Below, piece after piece: positions 37,053 through 49,065 of a stretch of DNA of 64,000 bases. The translations under genes and the position numbers were made by a program. The notes under the pieces were generated by a model. The model saw only the letters and a list, made by a program, of their open reading frames with translations, did not search any database and was not told where the DNA came from. How positions within the stretch are numbered: position 1 is the stretch's first letter; the number at the start of each line of letters is the position of its first letter. Source of the stretch: Phaeosaccion multiseriatum (lineage: Eukaryota > Protista > Ochrophyta, other classes); NCBI GenBank assembly GCA_965112735.1, contig OZ218960.1:2604001-2668000 (forward strand), read 5' to 3'.

Positions 37053-38493
37053 TCAACAGGCCTGGGGCGGGTGCGATGGCGTCTGTGCTGAGACCCATGG
37101 CCTGAATCTGGTGCAAGGGCACCCCGGAGTTGTACAGCTCCTTCACTTGGAGGTTCTCCATCTCAATCACCTGCATAAGAGGAGGAGGAGGAGGAGGAGG
37201 AGGAGGAGGAGGAGGAGGGGCGCAGTGTCAGAAGGGAAGGGTAGTGGGGGCGGCGGGAGAAATGAGGTAGGGAGAGACTCAGCATTTGCCAAAAACATAG
37301 GAGGTGGAAGATGCGGCAACAAGGGGCGAGGGAAGTGGGAGGGGCTGGAGAAAAGGATGAACAAGGGCAGAGTGAGGACGAGGGTGCGAGGACAGAGGAG
37401 CCGGAGACGGAGGAGACGAGGTGCGTGTCGGGCAGAGGGGCGCGTGTAGCATACTTGTAGTATCGCGTCACCCCACCCCTACCCTACCCCTCTCCTCTGT
37501 TCGTACGGCGGGTCGCCCGTCACTAACCTGCTCCTCCCTGGAGACCTCGAGAATGAGGGGCATGGCAGTGACGACAAAGAGGGTGGTGGCCACCCACAGC
37601 GTCTGTCCGCCCATGGCCAGACCGGTGCGTCCCCACCGCAGCCCTTTCTTGCTCCACCTCACCGCGCGCGTCTTGAGGGACCCCTTGAGTGTAAGCGCCA
37701 CAGACACGCAGGAGTAGCGGGAGGATGAGGAGGAGGAGAGGTAGGAGGTGGGGTGGGGCAGGAGCAGGGGGGGGAGGAGGTGGGGCAAGGGGGAGAGAGA
37801 AAGGGAAAGAGAGGCGGGGGGTGAGACGAGAGGAGCAGCACTTCTGGGTTGAGAAGAACAGGTACGCGAAGGTTGGTGGTGAAGGAGACAACAACAGGCT
37901 TTCCTAGTCGAAGGAGGAGGTGAAACAAACAGCAATATAAATGTGGACTTGTGCGGGCGACACCCAGACAGTGAGTGTACTGAACAAGGACGGCGGATCC
38001 GCAGTAGCCTTTCGGCCAAAGTCAAGGTGACTGCTTTTCTCTGGGCTCGCGTGAAAGCGCCGCGATGACACGAGGGCGTTGTTAAGGCCCTTCACAGTCG
38101 CGCGGTGTAGTTATTAGCGGCCGGTCAACAGTTATAAGCGCCAGCACTGGGAGGGTGATGGCGCGATGTCTTTACTCCCCCCCCTCCCCCTTCCTCTCCT
38201 TGCTCCCTCCTCTTCATCCCTCTTTGGTTCAGGAGGAGGAGGGGACATGAGGAACCACTCGACAAATAGCACCTGCAACCCTCCTCCCCCCCACCCCCAC
38301 GTTAGGCGTACTATCTGAGGCAGTCAGATATGAGGCGGAGGCCTGCCAGTACAAAGCGGGTCGTCATCTGGAGGAGATTACTTCCTTCCGCCTCCACTGT
38401 TCTCTTTTTGCCTACGCTTACCATGAAGCTCTGCTCGTCAGCAGGCATGTCATCCCACGAAAGACGCCCCCCCGCACGATTCTTGGGCCCCAT
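37053..38493 (-). CDS. TOM22: Mitochondrial import receptor TOM22 (plant TOM9-like short form)
   Basis: Exons 38493-38422, 37683-37528, 37170-37053. Basic cytosolic segment, then GGQTLWVATTLFVVTAMPLILEVSREEQVIEME, the TOM22 W-x2-TT...P-x3-E-x2-RE transmembrane signature. Exon 1 assignment is less certain. Confidence 0.8.
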
Positions 38494-38738
38494 GGCTGCA
38501 CTCTCCTGTGTGTCTTCTTTTGACTCTGACCTCGACCTCACCTTTCTACCTCTCATCCACCTCTACCTCCATTTGGACCAAAACGCCATACCCGGTAGGC
38601 CGTTTGGTTCCTCCCCGCCTGATACGATCGATTTGCTTCCCTCAGTACAGAAGGGTCGCCAGCGCGCCCAGCTTATGAGCGTGTAAGGCCCGGAAGGAGA
38701 CAGAGGAGAGCTTACGCGGGTGGGGGGAGAAGGCAAGG

Positions 38739-41660
38739 ATGGGTGACGCTAGCGATGTTCTCCCGCAACAGGAGAAACAGTTGGCATTTCGGCGTCTCAA
38801 GGCCAGGCCGGAGAACAAGGTACGAAGCTTTGTGTGAACGCCACAAGGAAGACGCTGGAGGGAGGGAATGCGAGCGTATAGGTTCTTTACATCTTTGCAG
38901 CTGGTTTGGTGTTGGTGGGGGCTGCTGGCGGCAGCGAGAGGCGTCGGCGTGGACGGGAGCGTCGGAGCAGGTAGCGGGAGTCAGAGCCAAAGCCTTCTTC
39001 CAGGGGTGTCCTGCTGACAACGAGGGAAGATCGAAAGCCGAGAGTCTACTCTTCTGCTTGCGAGTCTAGTGTCTGCCTCTTCGTTACCCTTCCCCATCTG
39101 CCATAAGCTCGTGTTTTTCTCTCCCGCGTCGTCAGTTAGTTGGTTGGCAGGCCAGCATCGAACACACACTGACCCTCACTTCATTGGCCTCCGCAGGTAT
39201 GCGCAGACTGCAAAACGCGCAATCCCACGTGGGCCTCCGCGACGTACGGCATATTCATCTGCTACGACTGCTCCTCTGTGCACCGAAACATGGGGGTGCA
39301 CATCAGCTTCGTTAGGAGTGTCGAGCTGGACAACTGGAAGAGGGAAGAATTCGCGGTGAGTGAGTGAGAGAGTCAGTCAGGCAGGAATCAGGCAGTAGCG
39401 AGGGATGGACGTGTGTGTGACTGAAAGGGGAGAGTTGGCGGTGAGTGAGTGAGTGAGGTGGGAGAGAAGAGAGGAGCGAGGGGGGGCGTGTGTGTGTGCG
39501 TGTGTGTCTGCTCCTCGCCTGAATGCTTCTTTGACTGAAAGAGGGTGAGTGAGGAGCGTGTCACGCAGGAGTCAGGCAGAAGCGAGATGGCTTGATTGGC
39601 AGCTGCGGTGTGTGGTGTAGTGTTGATGGGAAGGGACGTCTGGTGCCTTCCCACCCCATATGTTCCGTCCCCCGACCCCAACTCAACCTCCCTCCCTCTC
39701 TCCCTTCCCTCTCAGTGCATGAGCATGGGCGGAAACAAGAACATGGCGGACTTCTTCCGCTCCCACGGCATCCGCGACGGCACAAAGGCAGAGGCCAAGT
39801 ATCACAGCCGAGCGGCGCAGCTCTACAAGGCCCACCTCAAGAAGCTTGTCTCCAACTCCTATGGATCCGCAGATGGGGGAGCCTCCTCCCACAGCGCCAG
39901 CGCCTCGGACCTGCTGGCAGGGTTGGAGCACGATCAGTTCGAGCACGATCACGAGAACGACTTTGCAGACCCCTTGGACAAGCTCATGCACGAGGTGGGT
40001 GGGTGTGTATATGTGCGTGCGTGTGTGTGTGAGAGAGAGAGAGTGTGTGTGTGCGTCTGCGTCTGCGTGTGTGCGTCTGCGTGTGCGTGTGTGTGTATAT
40101 GTGTGTGTGCGTGTGCGTGTATGTATATGTGTGTGTGCGTTTGCGTATGCGAGAGGCGCTCTTGCTGGGATGTGTGGGGGGCTTGGCCGGTGCATGTTTT
40201 GCAGTGGCACTCGAGCTCTCCACCTAGGTGTTGGTGTTCCGCCTTGTGGCTGTGGTACCGACCGCAGTTGCCCTTATGCCTGCATCGACTGTCCTTCTTG
40301 TGTCCTGTCTCTGACACACACATACCCACCCACCCACCCACCCATCCATCCATACACCTACACACACGCACGCACACACACACACACACACTAACAGGCG
40401 GGGAGTGACGGAAAGGGCACCCCACCACCTCCAGAGGCGGGGGGCCATGCTGCGGCGACCATTCGGCTTCATCAAAGCGGAGCACACTCCGCCCCTCCGT
40501 CGAGGGCGAGCTCCCCTCCGGTCTCTGGGGTCGCTGCCCTCGGAGTAGCAATACGGGAGAGCGCTCCGGCAAAAGGCACCGGCGCGGCTGCCACCCCCGC
40601 TCCTCTGCAGCCAGCAGAAGCAGCAGCAGCAGCAGGAGCAGCAGCAGCAGTGCAAGTCGCTAAGCCTCCTTCCCCGCCGGCAAGAGGCACGCTGAGTGTG
40701 GCCTCAACGATTGCAGGAGAGGGAGGAGGAGGAGAGCAAACAGCAGCGGCGCCTGTGGTGCTGTTGGGGGGCAGCAAGCTGAGCGGTAGCGGTCGACCGA
40801 AGGCGCCGTTAAAGAAGCTAGGGGGGGGGGCGAGGAAGCTGGGGGCGAGGAAGCTCGGTGCGAGTAAGCTCGGCCCCGGCGGGGGCGGGACGGAGGCGGG
40901 ATCTGGTGGACTGGGTCTCGGTCGAGGCGAAGGAGGAGGGGGAGTGGAGCTTAGAGTGGCTACTGTGGAGGAGGTGTTGGAGGCATCTACACCGACCGCA
41001 AAGAACAAGACGAAGGCTGGGGGGGGGGGCGCGAATCAGCTGGCAGACGATATGGCGCTCGCGTTGAAGCTCCAGCAGGAGGAGGACAATGGGGCAAGGC
41101 CGTCGGGCAGGCTCGCAGCTGCGTATCAACAGTCTTCTTCGTCCTCGACGTCTGTGTATGGTAGTAAAGCTGGTGCGGGCAGTAGCAACGGAGGGGGGGA
41201 GTCCATGTACAGGTCTGCAAATGACGTCTCTTACGGCAATGGCAGCAGCAGTGGGAGTAGTAATGGGGGTAGAGCGATGGGTGGGGGGGGGCAGGGTGGC
41301 AGGCTGAACAACAGCTACCACAGCAGCTACAGCAACAGCAGCACGGACTTTGACACCAAAAAGTACGCCAACATGAAGGGCATTGGCAGCGATATGCTCA
41401 ACGAGGCAGATGAGGATAACGACCCTGCCGTACGGAGGCAAAGAGAGCTCAAGGCAAGCCAATACGCAGGTAGAGGGGCCATCTCTTCCGATATGTACTT
41501 CAATCGGGAGGAGGGGGGAGGAGGAGGGGGTGGGGGTGGAGGGGGAGGCCGTGACGACATGTCTGCCTTTGCCGATGCTGTGGCGCAGGAATTTGAAGGA
41601 GTCACCAAGGCGGCAGGCAAACTCAAGGATATGACAAAAGGCTTCTTCGACAAGATGTAA
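38739..41660 (+). CDS. ADP-ribosylation factor GAP, ArfGAP2/3 (Glo3) type
   Basis: Exons 38739-38819, 39197-39355, 39716-39994, 40398-41660. Zn finger [48 protein letters not shown] basic motif, and Glo3 motifs KGIGSD and GAISSDMYF. Confidence 0.93.
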
Positions 41661-43670
41661 TTTAAGCTTTGGGAGAGAAGGAGTATTACACGGAAGCATC
41701 TCCATGGCTTTCCACAGCTGAAAAGAATTGACACCTGCGCACAGCCTGCGCGTGTTAGTATTTTCAGCCGTGGAATGCCACGGAGATGCTTCCGTTTGGT
41801 GCAGGGGGGGGGGGCTGCTCCTTCTCTCCCACTCTGTTGGTCCGTCGGTGTGTCGTTCGGTCGGTCAGTCTGCGCGAGGGAGGGAGGGAGGGAATCCTCT
41901 GCTTGCTTGCTTTCCGTGCGAGTGGCCAAAGGGTCTACAGAGCACTACACTTGGCGAGGAGCAGACCGGGCAGGAGGTGGACTGTGCTGTGGTACTGAGG
42001 TGTCGGGCCGGAGTCCTTGTGAATGGGGGGGAGGGAGGCAGGGAGTTTATTTCCTCTTTCTTTCACTCCACTCACTCTCCGTCTCCGTCGCTGTGGGCTC
42101 TGCGGAAGACGCAGGGTGGAGTTGCTGCTGTATCACCAACTGCTGATGCTGCGGCTGTTGGTACTACAACTGCTGCTGGCCGAGGTTTAATGGAGCGAAC
42201 GTTGATGCTCACACGGAGAGCGTGGGGCATGCTTTCGCTAGGGATGCGCGGGATGGATGGACGAACCATTCGAGCAAGGTCTTGAGGCAGCGGTGCACGC
42301 CTGGGAATGGGGGACAAGGAAGGGCTGGCCTCTGGTGTGGATGGGGGGTGAAATGAATCAAATGAGTCTCCGGGAGGAAGGCACCCCATGGATGCGCAGT
42401 GGTGTGGCCGAGCTCCGCTCCTCCTCTCTTTCATCCTTTTTCTCGCGTGTACCCCCACGGGCTGACACTGGACAGATGCGCCCCTAACTACCCAGAGCGG
42501 GGCAAGTTTTTTGGGGCAGATGCGATGCTGACTGCAGACTTTTTGACAACAATTGGTTTCTCAGGCCAAACCTAATATCATGACCATTGTGCTTGAAACG
42601 AGATAAGATGCCCTCGTCCCGCAGGGACCGCCGTCCCGCAGGGACGTGGTGTGGTGTTGAAAGTTTGCAGTTTTCCGTTTATGTGAACGAACACCGTAAC
42701 GGGATCGATATCAATGTTGAAAGAATGGACTTTAATGGTGTATTGGAAAGGTGTTATGTTATGGTGGATCGTTCCCTCATGCGTTGTATACACGCCACAT
42801 TGCCTCCTAATCCCCACACCACACACACACACACACATACACATACACACACACGCACCACCACAATCCTCTGTGTCCATTCTATTCCATTGACGGGCCT
42901 CTGCCCCCGCCCACTGGACATGATATAGCAAAAATGTCGCACTTTGTCTGCCTTCGCCTGCCTTCCGTCCTCGGCGCCTCCGCTTGCGTCAGGCGCGCCC
43001 AAACCCGACTCGTGCCACCCCTTACACAAGCAGTAGCGTTGGCCTATTTCGGCGCACTGAGGGCAGGTGCGTCTCACCTCCCTCTGTCCTTCCTCCACAC
43101 ATTCTACAGTGAAGAGATCACACACCGACCCGTTTCATCACCCTGGAACCGGTCCCCCCCTCTCTCCCTTCCTCCCTCCCTCCCTTTCGTCCAGCGTCAT
43201 ATAGCCTGCCTCCACCGGCCCCGGCCGCTGTGTCTGACCTGTCCATACAGCAAGGACAAGACAGAGAGAGCAAGAGCGTCATGGGGGATGGTCGGCGGTC
43301 AGTCCAATGCCAAGAGTGGGGGGGTGGAGGGCTGAGAGACAAACCAGCAGACGGACACACGCAACACCCCTCCTCCTCCCTCCTCGACGGGAAAGCGGAC
43401 AGATGGGCATTGCTTGCTCGGGTTCAAGAGTGTTCTGGGTAAGAGGAGGAGTAGGCCAGCCAAACAAGTTCCCCCGCTCTCCTCACCTGTTCATCACACC
43501 CCCTCCCCCCGCACACGATGAGCTGAGCCGCCGCAGCAGCCAAGAGGGTACAACGCATTCCAGCTTGCCCTCTTCCTCTCCCCCCCCCTTCCCCTTTCGC
43601 ACCATACTGAGTGTAGTTATCTCGGCGTGAAGCGCTAACTCGTGTGATGGAATGGATATAGTGCGGCGCG

Positions 43671-44610
43671 TTATGCCGTCGACTCCTTGAGGTAGGCGAT
43701 GAGGTTCTTCCTCTCGTCCACCTTCTTGATGCCTGCAAACACCATCTTGGTGCCCTTAATGTACTTCTTGGGGGCGAGCAGGTACTCGAACAGCGTGTCC
43801 TCCTCCCACAGGATGCCGCTCTTCTTGTTGGCAGTGGAGTAGGCGTAGCCCTCCTTGCTCCCGGCCATGCGGCCGAAGAGCCCGTTGAGGTTGGGCCCCT
43901 GCTTGTCGGATCCACCCTGTAGATGGAGGAAGAGGAAGGACGTAGTGCACACGGTGGTGTTGGGGTGGGCGGTGAGGCATGGAAGGTGATGAGAGAGGTA
44001 GAACGCAAGTGGGGATGAACCACTATCGGGCAGGGCTGTGCCTCAGTTCCGGGCTGGTCAATCGCAGCATCAGTCGAGCGTTGCGTCAAAGACGAGGCAG
44101 CGAGAGAGCACCCGCTGCACTGCCTGCCGGTCGGACTGAAAAAACCAGCGAACATGAACATGAAAGGCAGAGGAGCGGGAAAAACTCATTCGCGCTGCCG
44201 TGAGGTGAGGCCGCTTCTCCGCCATGCGTGGAAGCGTGGGTGAGGTCGGCGCCGAAGAGCTACACGCTTTCATCGTCCTGCCTTCCTCCCGCCCCTTTAC
44301 TAGGTGTTGCCTGCCTCCATCTGCCATCCACCGCGGTCTGAGTGGGCACGTCCGCTCCCCACTGTCCTTGCAAGGCATTGTCGCTTCCACCAACCGCGGC
44401 CAAGTAGAAGCAAGTAGGGAGGTCCTGGCTGGCAGCACGCGCCATTCTTTTTCACTGCCTAAAAAGGGTCCGCATGTTTCCAGCCTCTGCTGCGTCATCC
44501 CTGAAACTCGCGGGAATTTCCTCGCTCAGTCCGCTCTACTCACGCACCTTCTCCACAGTGTGGCACTGCGAGCACTTGGTCTTGAAGATCTTCGCTCCCT
44601 TGTCCGCCAT
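43671..44610 (-). CDS. CYC1: Mitochondrial cytochrome c
   Basis: Exons 44610-44548 ([21 protein letters not shown], CxxCH) and 43916-43671 ([16 protein letters not shown]...[14 protein letters not shown]). Confidence 0.97.
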
Positions 44611-44711
44611 CTTTGTCTGTAGGTCTCTCAACTAATAGTCCAAGAAGGTGCGGAGGGCTGTGAACAAGCAATGGCAGGCTCCGATCGAACGAGGGAGAAG
44701 AAACGTATTCA

Positions 44712-44756
44712 CAAAATCCCGGGGGTTACGTTTGTCAGGAAATTGACACTCGTACT
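44712..44756 (+). promoter_or_regulatory. Candidate promoter elements shared by the duplicated genes (second copy ~46486-46530)
   Basis: CAAAATCCCGGGGGT and ATTGACACTCGTACT are conserved, with almost the same spacing, ~70-115 bp upstream of both ATGs (44823 and 46601). The intervening and downstream UTR sequence has diverged. Confidence 0.55.
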
Positions 44757-44822
44757 CCCCACCCCTCCTTTTTATTTTTCCTTTTCCTCCTCTTCCATCA
44801 AGTCCCTCGTCTTTATAAGAAG

Positions 44823-45221
44823 ATGCGCGTGCTCCCCTTGTTGATCATCTTGGGATGCGCAGAGGGCTTTTGTCCGGCGACGCTGAGGCCCCGGACGGCG
44901 GCCTTGCATCGGTGCCGTGGGCCCAGTTCTCTGGCCAAAAGCACCAGCGCCGGCGGAGCTGCCACCATGGGAACTCGGCTTCACCTGGATATCCGGACGG
45001 AAAGGGAAGCGGTGGAGAAGGAGGAGCAAGAAATTAGGTGGGCTCTGCGCGGGTATGGTCCTTACTTGGGAGTGACGAATAAGGAGAACAGAGAGGAGCT
45101 GTTGATGCACCTCCAGGCCATCAGGGAGGAGAAGAGGCAGCTGCGAGAGTATGAGAGGGACGAGGACGCGAAGGAGAAGGACTTTGAAAGACAGAAGGAG
45201 CTGCTGCTCCTCCAGGCGTAG
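44823..45221 (+). CDS. Small chimeric ORF: duplicated bipartite plastid presequence fused to an unrelated charged coiled-coil peptide (new gene or pseudogene)
   Basis: The first ~55 codons (MRVLPLLIILGCAEG|FCPA...GTRLHL) are near-identical to the start of the 46601 gene. The remainder (DIRTEREAVEKEEQEIRWALRGYGPYLGVT...) is unrelated to that gene. Confidence 0.55.
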   Translation: MRVLPLLIILGCAEGFCPATLRPRTAALHRCRGPSSLAKSTSAGGAATMGTRLHLDIRTEREAVEKEEQEIRWALRGYGPYLGVTNKENREELLMHLQAIREEKRQLREYERDEDAKEKDFERQKELLLLQA

Positions 45222-45469
45222 GGACACCAGGAAAACGGAGGCAAGAGAAGAGAGGGGGGAAGGAGGTGAGGAGGAAGCGGGGGTGGGACGGGGAAGAGGG
45301 GGTACTAAGCGGCGACGGGAAGTATCAGGAGGAGTTGAATTTCGCCCGGTTGCTGGCCTCCCTCCCTCCTCCTGCAGCGCCGTCCCAGTTTGTGTGTGTG
45401 TCAGTTTCAGCTTGCTGCTTATGTCCGTCAGCTTTGCCTGGTTGGGGGCCAGCTTTACTTCTTGAGAGG

Positions 45470-45930
45470 GGTGATCTCTGAGCGGTGGCCGCACAGTGCT
45501 CCATGGGGAGCGTCTACATGGCAGCAGCGGAGGCATCCGGCCTGGAGCCTCCCTTACGGTCAACCCCTGATACACTATCGCCCACATTCTCGATAGCGCG
45601 CCGGCTGGCGCCGGCGATAGCGGATAGCGGATAGTGTATCAGGGGTTGATTACGGAGTCGGTCTTGCACGAGGACAAGCAACCAGGGGTGCATTCGGCTG
45701 GCGAATGGGGACGCGAGCTCGAAGCACACGCGACACACCGACGTCCGTTATCATTTCCTGCAGTACCACGTGCGAAAGGGGCGGGGATGTTTTCAGTACA
45801 TCAGCACTAAGGACCAGCTTGGGGACATCAGGACCAAGGCGTTGGCACCTCAGGTACACATCGGTCTGGCGGCGCATTTCCTTTTTCTGAATTGCCGACA
45901 AATGGTGGAGGACGACTCCCTGCCCATTAC
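45470..45930 (+). mobile_element. Degenerate Ty1/copia LTR-retrotransposon RNase H fragment
   Basis: Translation across indels gives VAAQCSMGSVYMAAAEA ... LHED(4-nt insertion)NQGCIRLANGDASSKHTRHTDVRYHFLQYHVRKG..FQYISTKDQLGDIRTKAL. This matches the copia consensus EAEYxA...EDNQ...KHIDVRYHF...QLADILTKAL. No LTRs or other pol domains seen. Confidence 0.82.
45560..45649. mobile_element. 90-bp MITE-like hairpin element, copy 1
   Basis: Perfect 20-bp terminal inverted repeats TCAACCCCTGATACACTATC (45560-45579) and GATAGTGTATCAGGGGTTGA (45630-45649). Flanking direct repeat TTACGG at 45554-45559 and 45650-45655. Interrupts the copia relic. Confidence 0.85.
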
Positions 45931-46090
45931 CTATCTGCTATCTGCTATCGCCGGCGCCAGCCGGCGTGCTATGGTCGCCAGCTGATAGCACTCGACCCCT
46001 GACACGCTATCGCCCACTTTCTCGATAGCGCGCTATCGGTCCCCGGGGATAGCGTGTCAGGGGTCGATCGATTAGCACGTCAGGGGTCGA
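45931..46090. mobile_element. Nested MITE-like elements: 76-bp copy 2 (45992-46067) inserted into the end of a truncated inverted copy 3
   Basis: Copy 2 has perfect 20-bp TIRs TCGACCCCTGACACGCTATC / GATAGCGTGTCAGGGGTCGA. TAGCAC is repeated at 45986-45991 and 46073-46078. 45931-45972 is the reverse complement of the copy-1 interior, and a further GTCAGGGGTCGA end lies at 46079-46090. Confidence 0.72.
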
Positions 46091-46600
46091 GCTAGAGGCA
46101 GCAAGCCATCTTGTATTCCGGCGGCGGCGTTGTCCCTAAGCTCCCGAGTCTATGCCTCACTGTAGAACAGATTTAATACACCTATTTCATCAAGTTTTGC
46201 GCACCGCGCGTGAGGGCTTTGCTTCACCTTCCCTCCTTCCCCTTTCCTCTTTGATCCTCTGTCCCTTCTTCACCGGCAGGGCAGGCACTCTCCTTTCGAC
46301 TCCTTGAGCCGTGCCTCGTGCCTCCCCGGCCTCCTCCTCCTCCTCCTCCTCCTCCTCCTCCTCCTCCTCCTCCTCCTCCACCTTCAATATGCTCCCTGTC
46401 TCCAAAACTATTTTTTTTTGCCTCAGAAGAGGATGCAGAGAAAAAGAGGAAGAGAAAAAAAGAAATTGGACCCAGAAACCCTCAGCAAAATCCCGGGGGG
46501 TCCATTTGCGCAGCTGATTGACACTCGTACTGCTACAACCTCCCCTTCATGCGCCTAGAAACAGGCCGCCTGGCCGCGAGGGAACACGATCAGGGAACAG

Positions 46601-49030
46601 ATGCGCGTGCTCCCCTTGCTGATCACCTTGGGATGCGCAGAGGGCTTTTGTCCGGCGACGCTTCGGCCCCGGACGGCGGCCTTGCATCAGTGCCGTGGGC
46701 CCAGTTCTCTGGCCAAAAGGACCAGCCCCGGCGGAGGCTGCCACCATGATAGCAGAAGGCAACGGGGTCGTGTGGTGGGCACTCGGCTGCACCTGGTAGA
46801 TGGCTTGTCCGAGCTGGGCGCGCTGCTGTCCTCGCCCCTTGCACACCATGATTGGTTGCTGCTGTTGGCCGGCGCGGACGTAAGCGACGGCGTGGGGCAA
46901 GCGGTGGCCGGGGTGCAGAGCTTGGCAGAGGCGGTGGGCGACTTGGGCCAATTGGGAGACCACGTGTCGGGCTTCGTAGACTCGGTGGGGGGCGGCTTGG
47001 ATCACTTGGGAGACCACGTCTCGAGGCTGAGCGGGGAGCACGGTGTGGGAGACTTGGTGAGCCAACACTTGGATCAGGTTGGAGACCACGTGTCGAGGTT
47101 TGCAGGGTCTATTACATTGTCGGACGCGGATATCCTTGACGGAGCAACGGCGGCGGTCGACCATGGGGCGGAGGTGTCACATCATTCTGTGGAAGCAGTG
47201 AAGGAGGTGGTCAGTAGTCCAGCGGTGGAGGCAGTGAAGGAGGTGGCAGTCAGTCATCCAGTGGCGGAGGCAGCGGCCAGCCACCCAGTGGCGGAGGTAG
47301 CAAGTCACGCAGGGGAGGCAGTGAAGGAGGCGGCAAAGGAAACAGAAGTAGTTAAGGAGGTAGTGAAGGAGACTGTCAAGGAGGCAGCAAAGGTGGAAGG
47401 CGGAGGGGAAGTAGTTAAGGAAGCAGTGAAGGAAGCGGCAAAGGCGGAAAGCGAAGTAGTTAAGGAAGCGGTGAAGGAAGTAGTAAAGGAGGCTTCGAAA
47501 GAAGGTGGAGGAGAAGTGGTGAAGGAAGCAGTAAAGGAGGCAGTGAAGGAGGTTGCGAAAGAAGGAGGAGGAGAAGCAGTAAAGGAGGCTGTGAAGCCGG
47601 CGGCAGAAGCCGTTGTCAAGGAGGCCACCAAGCCCGTGACCAGTGCCGCAGTGGAGATCAAGAGCGCCGTGCAGGTGAGCCGAGAGTCGCGCACACGCAT
47701 GAGAGCCTCTCCTTCGCACGTGTTGAAATCAAACGGCAGAAGGAAGGAAGGAAGGAAGGAAGGAGGGGATGGATTCCTCACATATTGTCGGTGCTGTTTT
47801 GCCTGCCTCTCCTGTCTCTTTGACACCTGCTGTCCTGTCCTGGCATTGTGTACTGTGCCTTCTTCCTTTTGCCTCTTCCGTACGCAGCCACTGAAAGAAG
47901 TCGCCGTGAGCGGAGGCGGTGTGGACGCTGGGGCAGCGAAGGGAGCGGTGAAGGGAGCGGCATCACTAGGCAGGCAGCCCGGTGCTGCGAGCGCCTTCAC
48001 CAAGGACCCAGCAACACGGGCGCAAGAAGCAGCACAGCGGGCCAAAGAGATAGGGCAGGTCAAGGAGCGACTTGACGGTCAAGTGAAGGAGTTGTCCACA
48101 ACTGTCAAGCAGGCGGCAGGGCAGGCCAAGGAGGTGAAAGGGCAGGTGAAGGAGACCGTGACGAAGGTGGCAGGGACAGCCAAAGAGGTGTCGGGGCAGG
48201 CAGCAGTAGCGAGCCAGCAGGCGGCAGTAGGTGTCAAGGAGCTACAAGAACAACTCCATCAGGTGGGAGGGAGGGAGGGAGGGTGGGGATGCGAAGACTC
48301 AAGCTGTGCATGTGTGTATGTTCCCGAGCTGTCCTTGTGTATGTATGTACTTCTACGTATGTATGTATGTATGTATGTATGTATGTCGCGCGTGCTACAT
48401 TTTGGGGGCGAAATGATGGAGAGGGTTTTTTTCTGTTGAGTCTCTTCCCTTGGCTGAACAAGCGAGACCCTCCGTGGGGCGGTAACCCACCCCGGGTACA
48501 ACATGTCTCCCAGCACCCCACCCACCTACTTACTTGCCCACCCATCCTTCTGACACCCATCCACACTCGGCACATCCCCCTTCCCTCCTCCTCATCGTCC
48601 GTCTAACTTCCTACCTCCCCCCCCCCCTCTTGTCCTGACACCATCTCTACCTCTCATCAGGCCGTGTTAACACTGCAGAAGATCTTCCCTCCCAGGACGG
48701 TCTTAAACTTCGAGAATCTCGCAGTGCTTCCCTTCTGGATGGGGGTCATCTTCAGGCCCCAGTCCCGGATCGTGAACAAAGTCGTGGATAGCTACTGTTT
48801 CGTCGTAGGTACGGGCGGAGGGAGAGAGAGAGAGAGCGAGGGGGTGGGGAGGGGAGGGGAGGGACGGCAATCGAAGCGCGGGCCCTTCCCCGTCTTAGGT
48901 ACTATATTGGTTGACTTTAACCCACCCTCCCCCTTTTGGTAATCTTGAACTCATCCCTCGCCCGTCTGTACTTTCCTTCCTCCCCCCTCCCCCCCTCCCT
49001 CCCTCTCTTGCAACATCTTGCACCGAACGG

Positions 49031-49065
<35 letters not shown>

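Noticed and set aside
42540-42800. AT-richer island with a short CGTCCCGCAGGGAC duplication as a possible ncRNA or SINE
   Set aside because: No tRNA cloverleaf, Pol III A/B boxes, TSD or poly-A tail could be identified by eye.
45470-45930. Active or intact copia retrotransposon
   Set aside because: Only a frameshifted RNase H remnant; no gag, integrase, RT core, PBS or LTR pair in the window.
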